24,583 bases of DNA from Candidatus Eiseniibacteriota bacterium (GTDB taxonomy: Bacteria; ARS69), in the NCBI GenBank assembly GCA_052390515.1, contig JBQTGV010000171.1:1-24583 (forward strand), read 5' to 3'. The notes below the pieces were generated by a model. That model made no database searches. It saw only the letters and a program-made list of their open reading frames with translations, and was not told the origin of the DNA. Made by a program: the position numbers and the translations under genes. Position 1 is the first letter of the stretch; the number at the start of each line of letters is the position of its first letter. This document shows positions 16,184-23,915 of this stretch, one piece after another.

Positions 16184-17157
16184 CGCCCCCTCCCGAGCAC
16201 GACGTGGACGGCGCCCTTCACCATACCCCAAGCGCGCGCGTACGCCCGCAGCGTCCCCACCGCGGCGAGCGCGAGCGCCGCCGGCTGGCGCGCATGGCGC
16301 GACACGCGGAGCGCCAGCAGGTGATGCACGAGGACCACCAGGGCGAAGCACAGCGGCGCGCCGACCGCGGCAGCCCTCCAGAACGGCGCCGCGACGAGGC
16401 ACGCCACGGAGAGCGCCGCCAGCGGCGGCGCGAGGAGGTCCGCCGGCCCGGCGTAGCCGTCGCCTCGCATCCGCCGCGGGTGCCGCGCATAGAGCACCGC
16501 GCGCCAGTACCCGTGACGGGATTGCTCGCGGAGGTAGCGAGAGAGCCGCTCGGGATGATGGTGGTCGACGAGCGCGTCGCGGACGAAACGAATGGCGAAG
16601 CCGGCGTCGCGCAGGCGGTAGGAGAGGTCGTTGTCCTCGCCGGACGGCGCCGGATAGGACTCGTCGAAGCCGCCGACGGCCTCGAGCGCGGCACGACGCG
16701 CTCCGAAGTTGTAGGAGCCGGCGAACTCGACCTCGGCCGGGAGACGCGAGTGTCGCCAGGCGATCTCGGCCTGCACCGTCTCGGCGAGCCAGCGCCCCCG
16801 GTTGGCGATGCCGTAACTCCCGCAGACGACGGAGTGCTCGGCGTCCAGCCCGGCGACGAGCCTGCGCACCCAGTCCGGGCGCGGCTCGCAGTCCGAGTCG
16901 GTGAACAGGATGACGGGAGCCTTCGCTTCGCGCCATCCGCGGTTCCGCGCCGCCGCCGGCCCCCGATTCTCCTGGGAGACGACGCGCGCTCCCGCCTCCC
17001 GCGCGGTCCTCGCGGTTTCGTCGGCCGAGCCGTCGTCCACCACGACGATCTCGATCGGCTGCGCGAAGTCCTGGTGCCCGCACGCCGCCACCGCCGACGC
17101 GATAGTCCGCGCGGCGTCCTTCGCGGCGATCACGATCGAGACGGCCGGTCCGCTCAC
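16180..17157 (-). CDS. GT2 glycosyltransferase with C-terminal membrane helices
   Basis: GTG 17157 (GTGA overlap), 325 aa. VSIVIAA, VVDDGSADET, NRGPAAARNRG, FTDSDC, VGGFDESY..GEDNDL, Q.R.GYW and a hydrophobic C-terminus. Confidence 0.9.
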   Translation of the reverse strand: MSGPAVSIVIAAKDAARTIASAVAACGHQDFAQPIEIVVVDDGSADETARTAREAGARVVSQENRGPAAARNRGWREAKAPVILFTDSDCEPRPDWVRRLVAGLDAEHSVVCGSYGIANRGRWLAETVQAEIAWRHSRLPAEVEFAGSYNFGARRAALEAVGGFDESYPAPSGEDNDLSYRLRDAGFAIRFVRDALVDHHHPERLSRYLREQSRHGYWRAVLYARHPRRMRGDGYAGPADLLAPPLAALSVACLVAAPFWRAAAVGAPLCFALVVLVHHLLALRVSRHARQPAALALAAVGTLRAYARAWGMVKGAVHVVLGRGR

Positions 17158-18281
17158 GATGCGCCAGCCTCCCAGCGTTCGGCGATCTCGCGGACGGCCA
17201 CGTCGAAGGTGCCGTGCTCGGCGAGCCATGCGGCGCCGGCCCGCGCGCGCTCCCGGTCCGGCTGCGCCAGCTCCGCGTCCACCGCCGCGACGAAACCGGC
17301 CGCGTCCGGGCCGTCCGCCAGGCGCACGAACGCGGCGAAGCGCTCCGCGTCCGGCGTGCGGGACGCGACCACTGGAACTCCCGCGGCCAGCGCTTCCCGC
17401 GTCTTGATCGAGGCGCGGTACAGGTTCACGTCCTTCGGCTCCAGGTAATTGAGCGCCACGTCGGCGAGCGCGTAGTACGCGGGTACTTCGCGGTGAGGCA
17501 CGGCTCCGGCGAACACGGCGAAGCCGGGTGGTAGCGCGCGCGAGGCGAGCGCTTCGAGCCGATCGCGGTGGCGGCCGTCACCGACGACGAGGAGACGAGC
17601 CTCGGGACGCCTGCGGGCGAGAGCCGGGATCGCCTCGAGCAGCGGTGCGAGATCCGACGCCGGCCCGAGGTGGCCTGCGTAGAGCAGCACCGGTCCCTCC
17701 CCGAGTCCGAGCCGCGCGCGGAGGCCCGCGGGCTCGACCGTCCCGTCGGCGAAGCGGGCCACGTCGACACCCTGATCCACGAAGACGGGGCGGCGGGACT
17801 CGCCGCGAAGCTGCGAGAGCTCGGCGGACATGCGCTCGTTGTGGCACGTCGCGTCGTCGGCCGCAAGGGCGGCGCGGCGGAAGAAGCGCTCCAGCAGCGA
17901 GCGGACCGGACCCTTGGCGTAGTACGCGTGATCCAGGTCGTCGAAGTCCACGGCCACGCGCGCGCCGCGAGAGCGTGCTGCGTTCGCCGGGATCCACACG
18001 TTGGGCAGCGGTTTCAACGCCCAGACGACATCCGGGCAGACGCGGCGGACGGCGGCGAGTCCATGGAGCAGCCAGAGCGGAGACTGGATCTCGGGGCGGA
18101 CGGCGAGCCGCGGGCACCGGTGGCGAGTCACACCGGGCGGAGTCTCCGGGATCGAACCCGGTACGAACGGCTCGACCAGATGCACGTCGTGCCCGCGCCG
18201 GGCCAGCGCCCCGGCGAGACCGCGAAAGCGCAGCGCGCTGCCCGACTGATGCTCGACGGAAGACAGCAGCAGGACTCTCAT
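17154..18281 (-). CDS. GT4 glycosyltransferase
   Basis: ATG 18281 (ATGA overlap), 375 aa. MRVLLL..., LARRGHDVHLV, VDFDDL, QGVD...F, LLYAGHL, LLVVGDG, FAGAVPHREVPAYYALADV, IKTREALAAGVPVVAS. Confidence 0.9.
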   Translation of the reverse strand: MRVLLLSSVEHQSGSALRFRGLAGALARRGHDVHLVEPFVPGSIPETPPGVTRHRCPRLAVRPEIQSPLWLLHGLAAVRRVCPDVVWALKPLPNVWIPANAARSRGARVAVDFDDLDHAYYAKGPVRSLLERFFRRAALAADDATCHNERMSAELSQLRGESRRPVFVDQGVDVARFADGTVEPAGLRARLGLGEGPVLLYAGHLGPASDLAPLLEAIPALARRRPEARLLVVGDGRHRDRLEALASRALPPGFAVFAGAVPHREVPAYYALADVALNYLEPKDVNLYRASIKTREALAAGVPVVASRTPDAERFAAFVRLADGPDAAGFVAAVDAELAQPDRERARAGAAWLAEHGTFDVAVREIAERWEAGAS

Positions 18282-20050
18282 TCGTCGTGAATGTACCCGA
18301 GGGCGCGCAGCCGGCGGACCGTCTCCGGGTCGGGGCCCGCGTGTCGCGAGTCGCGAGGGGGCGGCAGCATCTCCCGAAGCAGTGCGCAGCGCGGGTCCGC
18401 CGGATCGAGGGGGTACTTCTCCCCGGGGTCGGCCGCGAGGTCGTAAGCTTCCTCCTCTCCCGTTTCCCGATTCGCGATGAGCTTCGTCTCCGCGAAGAGC
18501 ACTGCCGTTCGATCGTGACGTCCCTCGGGCGCGAAGGTCTCGGCGACGGATGCGGCGCAGCTCATGAGCCACTGCTGGAGAGCACCCGACATCACGGTTC
18601 GCCCCACGTCGACGAGATCACGATGGGGTCGTGCCGTGGGACCGACTCCCGGTTTCGTCCAATAGCCTCCCACCTCGATGAACGGGACCTGCAGGTCCTC
18701 CTCGTAGAGCAGCGCACCGTGCGTGAGCTCGCCATGCTGCCCCAGTCCCTCCCCGTGGTCCGCGGTGACCAGGACGAACGCATGGTCCGAGCGGTCCAGG
18801 AACTCGATCGCCAGCCGCCCGGCATGTCGGTCCGTCTCACGAATCTCCGCGTCGTAGTCGGCAATCGGCCACTCCGTCACCGGCGACCCGTTCGCCGTCC
18901 AGCCCGCGGATTCCCGCGCGAAGCGCTCGCGAAGGACGCGCGGCGCGTCATAGGGCGTGTGCGGATCGAAGCAGTGGACCCAGAGGAAGCGCGGTCCCTG
19001 CGAACGCCCAAGCCACCGTCGGGCCGCCTCGCAGGTGTCAGAAGACCGGCGCTCGATCAAATCGATCGGCAGCACCCGATTCGCCACGCGCACCGCTGCG
19101 AGCGCCGTCAGCATGGGATGTACCCGCTCGAGCGCCGAGAACGTGTCGTCGTACACGGAGAAACCGCGGTCGAGCCCAGAGAGCTGCGCCTTGAGCGGAA
19201 TCCCGCTGATGAACGCGGCACAGTTCCAGCCGAGCCCGGCCAAGCGTTCCGCGAGCGTCGTCGTCGTGTCCGCCAGCGCCATACCGTTGTTCAGTAGACC
19301 GTGACCTCGCGGGATGTCGTCGGTGAACATCGACGCGTGGCTGGGCGCGGTCAGCGGAATGTGTGACATCGCCATCGAGATGCGGCCCTTGCGCGCCAGC
19401 CGGTCGATCCACGGCGTCGTCCCCCGCGGGTACCCGTAGCAGGACAGGTGGTCCGCGCGCGTCGTGTCCAGCGTGAGCAGCAGCACGTCGCGGGCGCCGG
19501 CGGGCGGCGATCCCACCGGCACCGGCAGCTCCCGAGCCCGCGCGGGCAGGAGCACGGCGGCGGCCGCCAGCGCGAAGGCCGCCGCGATGACCGCGACGCT
19601 ACGCCGCGCGCACAGCCTGCGCACGACCCGCTCCGCCCGCCCCCCGGAGACCGCGCCGATTGCGAGCGCGAGAGCGAGCAACGCCACGTTCGCTGCGAGG
19701 TTGGCCGGCGCCAGGAGCGGCTCGCCGAAGAAGAAGCGCACGTGCAAGCGCACGCCGGCCCAGGCGAAGAGCCACGCCGCAACTCCGGCAACGACGAACA
19801 CGCGCAGCGGCACGCGAAGCGTGCCGGCCACGAGACCGCCGGCCCCACCGAGCAGCAGCAGGAGAGACATCGCCGCGCCGGCGAAGCGGACCGCGTCGAC
19901 CGCCCCGTCGAACGACCGCGGATTCTCCAGGAGAGTGGCCGCCGCGTCGTGCACCCCCGCGGCGAGGCCGAGCAGCAGTCCCGCGAAGAGGAGCGTTGCG
20001 GTAGTGTCGCGCGCGGAAGGGGGACTCCCCGTGCGTCGCTGGTTCGTCAT
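18278..20050 (-). CDS. Membrane-anchored sulfatase-like hydrolase/transferase (alkaline phosphatase superfamily) with TxPxH active-site motif
   Basis: Likely ATG 20050 (GAGG upstream; alternative ATG 20068), about 590 aa. About 5 N-terminal TM helices, then LLTLDTTRADHL..YGY...TP, TAPSHASMFT, WVHCFDPHTPY, YDAEIRETD, TADHGEGLGQHG..HG..LYEE..VP and YDLAADPGE. Confidence 0.85.
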   Translation of the reverse strand: MTNQRRTGSPPSARDTTATLLFAGLLLGLAAGVHDAAATLLENPRSFDGAVDAVRFAGAAMSLLLLLGGAGGLVAGTLRVPLRVFVVAGVAAWLFAWAGVRLHVRFFFGEPLLAPANLAANVALLALALAIGAVSGGRAERVVRRLCARRSVAVIAAAFALAAAAVLLPARARELPVPVGSPPAGARDVLLLTLDTTRADHLSCYGYPRGTTPWIDRLARKGRISMAMSHIPLTAPSHASMFTDDIPRGHGLLNNGMALADTTTTLAERLAGLGWNCAAFISGIPLKAQLSGLDRGFSVYDDTFSALERVHPMLTALAAVRVANRVLPIDLIERRSSDTCEAARRWLGRSQGPRFLWVHCFDPHTPYDAPRVLRERFARESAGWTANGSPVTEWPIADYDAEIRETDRHAGRLAIEFLDRSDHAFVLVTADHGEGLGQHGELTHGALLYEEDLQVPFIEVGGYWTKPGVGPTARPHRDLVDVGRTVMSGALQQWLMSCAASVAETFAPEGRHDRTAVLFAETKLIANRETGEEEAYDLAADPGEKYPLDPADPRCALLREMLPPPRDSRHAGPDPETVRRLRALGYIHDE

Positions 20051-20942
20051 CCTCGCCTCGGTGGCCATCCTGCTCGGACTCGCTCGAGCCGCCGGGTTCC
20101 GCCAGGTGCTCGACGTCTGGCGCACGGTCGAGCCCCGCGGGATCCTGCTCTCCGTCCTCTGCTACTTCGCCGCTGCCGCCGTCCGTGTCCTTCTGTGGCG
20201 GCGGCTGCTCGGAGCGGACGCTCCGCCCTTCGCCGCGCTCGCCCCACCGCTCGCCGCGGGCTTCGTGCTCGGCCACGTGACCCCGGCCAAGGCCGGCGAG
20301 CCGGCCGCCAGCCTCCTCGTCTCCCGCGCCTTCGGCCTGCCGCTCGCTCGCACGCTCGCCGTGCTCGCCGCCGAGCGCGCCGTCCAGCTCCTCGCCCTGC
20401 TCGCCACCTTCGCCCCCGCTGCCGTGCTGGCCGCCGGCGGCTCGCTACGGATCCGCGGCACCACCGTCGCCGCGCTTCTCCTGCTCGCCGCCCTCGCCGC
20501 CGCATTCGCGCTGCTGCCGCGGGCGCTCCCGCGCCTCGCCGCGCGCGCCGCGGGCCTACCCCACGTCGGCCGCGTGTTCGCGGACTTCGTCAGCGCGCTC
20601 GCCGATCTCGCCCGCCGCCGCGAGCTGTTGCCCTCCCTCGGTGCGCTCGCCGTCCTCTACTGGTCGCTCCAGTACGCTTCGCTCTGGGCGATCCTCGACG
20701 CGGGCGGCGCAAACGTCAACCTGCTCGAAGCCGCCGCCGTGGCCGGCGCCGCGATCCTCGGGGGTACGCTCTCGATGCTGCCGCTGGGAACGCAGGATGG
20801 GATCAGCGCGGTCGCCCTTGCCGGGCTCGGGGTGCCGCTCGCGCGCGGCTTCGCGCTGGCGCTCTTCCACACGCTGCTGTCGCTGGCCTGTGGGATGACG
20901 CTGGCCCTTGCGCTGCCTCTCCTGCCGGAGCGGCGCGCCTGA
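20031..20942 (+). CDS. Lysylphosphatidylglycerol-synthase TM domain / flippase-like membrane protein (UPF0104, AglD C-terminal type)
   Basis: GTG 20031 with GGAAGGGGG SD, 303 aa, about 8 TM. 'VR.LLWRRLL', 'GHVTPAKAGE', 'AAERAVQL' and 'LPLGTQDG' match LPG_synthase_TM patterns. Codon third positions are strongly G/C on the plus strand. Confidence 0.85.
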   Translation: MRRWFVILASVAILLGLARAAGFRQVLDVWRTVEPRGILLSVLCYFAAAAVRVLLWRRLLGADAPPFAALAPPLAAGFVLGHVTPAKAGEPAASLLVSRAFGLPLARTLAVLAAERAVQLLALLATFAPAAVLAAGGSLRIRGTTVAALLLLAALAAAFALLPRALPRLAARAAGLPHVGRVFADFVSALADLARRRELLPSLGALAVLYWSLQYASLWAILDAGGANVNLLEAAAVAGAAILGGTLSMLPLGTQDGISAVALAGLGVPLARGFALALFHTLLSLACGMTLALALPLLPERRA

Positions 20943-20949
20943 GGAGCGC

Positions 20950-22428
20950 TCAGATCCAGCCGAGCGCCTTGCGCCGGAGGAATGCCCGGCCCAATCGGAA
21001 CGTCTGGCGGAGATCGTCGGCGGAGCGGAAGGCGCGCTTCACCATCATGCCCACGTAGCGCGGGCGAAGGTAGTAGCGCCGGTAGGCATCCGTGGCGTAA
21101 CGCTCGATGGACTCGCGGTCCAGACCCTTGCCGTTGCCCCTGCCCTCGTAGCTCACCGCGGACTTGCGGAACCCATCGTGCTGCGACCAGTCGTCCCCGG
21201 AGACGAGCGATCCTTCCCGCTCCACCATCTCCAGGAGCTCCGTGCCGGGCAAAGGCGTCGCGATCCCGAACTGGCAGAACTCGGCGTTCAGGTTGTACGC
21301 GTACTCGATGGTCTTCTCCACGGTCTCGCGCGTGTCCCAGGGGAACCCGATGATGAAGCAGTTGTGCACGTCGATGCCGGCTTCCTTGGTCCACTTCGTC
21401 GCGTTGGCGATGTCCTCGACCCTGCCCTTTTTCTTCATCTTGTCGAGGATCTCCTGGCTCGCGCTCTCGCAGCCGTAGAGCACGCGCCCGCAGCCCGCCT
21501 TCTTCATCTCCCGCAGCAGCTCGAGATCCATACGGTCCGGCCGGCACTGCGGCGCCCAGATGAGGTCCATGTTCTTCTCTTGCAGCAGCCGGCAGATCTC
21601 CAGCACGCGGTCCCGCTTCAGCTCGAAGATGTCGTCGTCGAGACGGATCTCGCGGACGCCGAACTCGCGGTGCAGGTACTCCATCTCGGCGACGACCCGC
21701 TCCGGCGACTGCGCGCGCCACTTGTGGCCGTAGATGGTCTGCGGGAACCAGCAGTACACGCACTGGTACGGACAGCCGCGGGAGGTGATCATCGTCGCCG
21801 CGGGAACGCGCCGGAACACGCTCTCGTGGTACCTGTCGAGGTCGATCAGGTCGTACGCGGGGAACGGCAGCGCGTCCAGGTCGGCCACGTGCCGGTAGCC
21901 GCCGACCTCCTCGACCGTACCGTCTTCGCCACGGACGGAGAGTCCTTCCACCTTCCGCCACGCGGGGTCGCCGCGCTCCAGCAGGTCGCAGACCTCGCGG
22001 AGCGCTTCGTCGTACTCGCCGCGGATGGCGAAGTCCACCGACGGCGTGTCCCGCACCACCTGCGTCCCCAACGGCGTGACGAACGGACCGACGAACCCCA
22101 CGCGGGCGCCGCACCGCTCCCGCACCGCCTCGGCGAGCGCCCTGTCCACGTGGATCTTGATCTGCTCGACGTACAGCACGACGAGATCGGGGGACCGACT
22201 CACGACCTCGGGCACCAGCTCCGCGAAGGACACGCCTTCCGGCTGGCAGTCGATGTAGCCCACCTCGTGGCCGGTTTGGCGAAGCACGGCGGCCGCCTGC
22301 AGGTTCAAGTAGCTGTAGGTCATCTCCCCGGTCACGGAGAGCGCCGGGAACCGGCGCCCGCCCTTGGTGAAGTTCGAGTCCGGTGTCCACTCGAGCGTAG
22401 GCGGCGTGTCGACGAACAGGACCTTCAC
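20950..22428 (-). CDS. Cobalamin-binding radical SAM enzyme (HpnJ/BchE-like architecture), copy 2
   Basis: GTG 22428 (GTGA overlap, GGAGG SD), 492 aa. N-terminal B12-binding Rossmann (VGPFVT, IRGEYD), LPFPAYDL, TSRGCPYQCVYC (CxxxCxxC, 21774-21751), DDDIF, GCESASQ, FIIGFP, TPLPGT. Confidence 0.92.
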   Translation of the reverse strand: MKVLFVDTPPTLEWTPDSNFTKGGRRFPALSVTGEMTYSYLNLQAAAVLRQTGHEVGYIDCQPEGVSFAELVPEVVSRSPDLVVLYVEQIKIHVDRALAEAVRERCGARVGFVGPFVTPLGTQVVRDTPSVDFAIRGEYDEALREVCDLLERGDPAWRKVEGLSVRGEDGTVEEVGGYRHVADLDALPFPAYDLIDLDRYHESVFRRVPAATMITSRGCPYQCVYCWFPQTIYGHKWRAQSPERVVAEMEYLHREFGVREIRLDDDIFELKRDRVLEICRLLQEKNMDLIWAPQCRPDRMDLELLREMKKAGCGRVLYGCESASQEILDKMKKKGRVEDIANATKWTKEAGIDVHNCFIIGFPWDTRETVEKTIEYAYNLNAEFCQFGIATPLPGTELLEMVEREGSLVSGDDWSQHDGFRKSAVSYEGRGNGKGLDRESIERYATDAYRRYYLRPRYVGMMVKRAFRSADDLRQTFRLGRAFLRRKALGWI

Positions 22429-23885
22429 TTCGCCGCCTCCGGAGCCCGGGGCTTCGGCTTGCCGAAGTAGTCGAGGAAGCTCTTGAGGCCGTGGAGCTTG
22501 GTGCGCACGTCCGAGAAGCTGCGCAGGTTCTTCGCGATAGTCTTCATCTGCTTCGGCCGCAGGTAGAAGCTCTTCAGGCCGAGGTCGACGAGCTCCTCGA
22601 TCTCCCGCATGGAGAGCCCCGGCACGTCCACCACGCCGCGCTGCTCGTGGTCCGCGTCTACCCAATCGCCCCAGTCCCGCGCGACGATGTAGTCGTTGCG
22701 CTTCGCCCAGTCGTAGTAGGAGGTTCCCGGATAGGCCGCCACGCCGGTGAACTGGCAGGTGTCGATGTCCAGCTCTTGGGCGAAGGCGATGGTCTGGAGC
22801 GCGCTCTCCCGCGTCTCCCCGGGACCGCCGATCATGAAGCAGCCGTGGATGCGGATGCCGGCCTCCGACGCCGACGCGGCGAACTCGCGCATGCGCTCGG
22901 TGCCGATTCCCTTCTTGATGCGCTTGAGCATCTCGTCGTTGCCGAACTCGAACCCCACGCAGAACATGCGGGCGCCGGATGCCTTCATGAGCCGCAGCGT
23001 CTCGACGTCGGTCAGGTCCGGCCTGGCGTTGCAGCTCCAGCTGATGCGCCGGTCCAGGCCGCGGTCCAGGATGCCCTGGCAGATCTCGCGCAGGCGGTCG
23101 AGATGGGTGGAGAGCGTCAGCGTGTCGTCCTCGAACATCACTTCCTTGAGGTTCGGGAAGAGGTCGAGGTCGTACTCGATCTCGTCCAGCACACGTTCCG
23201 GCGAATGCGTGCGGTAGCGATGTCCGTACATCACCTGCGGCAGCTGGCAGAACGTGCACTTCGCCGGGCAGCCGCGGCCGCCGATCAGGGTGATGAAAGG
23301 GAACAGCTTGCCGGCGTCCCGGTAGTCCTCGAGATCGATGTGTCGCCACGCCGGGAACGGCAGGGAATCGAGATCCTCGATCGGCGCGCGGTCCGGCTCG
23401 TGCACGATCTCGTCACCCGCCCAGTGCGAAGCGCCTTTGACCGCGAAGCTGCCGGTATCGGCGATCTCCCGGAGGGTGAAGTCGTACTCGCGCCGGGTGA
23501 CCGCATCCAGAAAACCGCGTCCGCGCCGAAGCGTGTCCTCCGGCTCGGCGGAGACGTGGGACCCGATCATGACGGTCTTCGCCCCGCCGCTGGCGCGACG
23601 GGCCATGGCCACGTGCTCGAGATCGGAGAGGACGGAAGGCGTCGTGGCGTACACGACGACCATGTCCGGCCCGAAGTCCCGGATGCGCGTCTCGACCTCG
23701 GCCTGCGGCATGTCCTTCGCCGCGGCGTCCAGCAGGATGCACTCGTGTCCGGCCTGCTCGAGGACGGCGGTTGCGCGGGCGAGATAGTCGGGATGGCGCT
23801 GGACGCGGCCGCGGGACTTCGCGAACCAGCGCGCGCTCTTGACGAAGCCCTCGCCGAAGGCCGGGTTGACGATGAAGACTTTCAC
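22425..23885 (-). CDS. Cobalamin-binding radical SAM enzyme (HpnJ/BchE-like architecture), copy 1
   Basis: 486 aa from GTG. SARW...HPDYLA N-terminus, IGSHVSA, RREYD, LPFPAW, GRGCPAKCTFC (CxxxCxxC, 23270-23247), EDDTL, GFEFGN, FMIGGPGET, AYPGT. Confidence 0.92.
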   Translation of the reverse strand: MKVFIVNPAFGEGFVKSARWFAKSRGRVQRHPDYLARATAVLEQAGHECILLDAAAKDMPQAEVETRIRDFGPDMVVVYATTPSVLSDLEHVAMARRASGGAKTVMIGSHVSAEPEDTLRRGRGFLDAVTRREYDFTLREIADTGSFAVKGASHWAGDEIVHEPDRAPIEDLDSLPFPAWRHIDLEDYRDAGKLFPFITLIGGRGCPAKCTFCQLPQVMYGHRYRTHSPERVLDEIEYDLDLFPNLKEVMFEDDTLTLSTHLDRLREICQGILDRGLDRRISWSCNARPDLTDVETLRLMKASGARMFCVGFEFGNDEMLKRIKKGIGTERMREFAASASEAGIRIHGCFMIGGPGETRESALQTIAFAQELDIDTCQFTGVAAYPGTSYYDWAKRNDYIVARDWGDWVDADHEQRGVVDVPGLSMREIEELVDLGLKSFYLRPKQMKTIAKNLRSFSDVRTKLHGLKSFLDYFGKPKPRAPEAAK

Positions 23886-23915
23886 GCGCGGGAGCCCCCG
23901 ATCGGGCGAACGGGA

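Noticed and set aside
19464-20030. N-terminal 189-aa extension of the plus-strand flippase-like ORF
   Set aside because: It is antisense to the sulfatase-like TM region and Ser/Ala/Arg-rich. The hydrophobic family-like sequence starts at GTG 20031 after an SD.
61-22470. Many long plus-strand ORFs (e.g. 905-2245, 4287-6143, 5722-7350, 7440-9185, 10918-13197, 20908-22470) and alternative-frame minus ORFs
   Set aside because: Shadow ORFs expected in ~70% GC DNA. They are Arg/Pro/Ala-rich or antisense mirrors with no family motifs, and they overlap well-supported genes.
20950-23349. Apparent 799-aa radical SAM with an N-terminal extension
   Set aside because: The extension is an off-frame read of the upstream radical SAM gene. 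The real start is GTG 22428, with a GGAGG SD and GTGA overlap.
20950-23885. Calling the radical SAMs hpnJ or bchE
   Set aside because: Only the architecture is shared. No hopanoid or bacteriochlorophyll genes are in the window, so no symbol is assigned.
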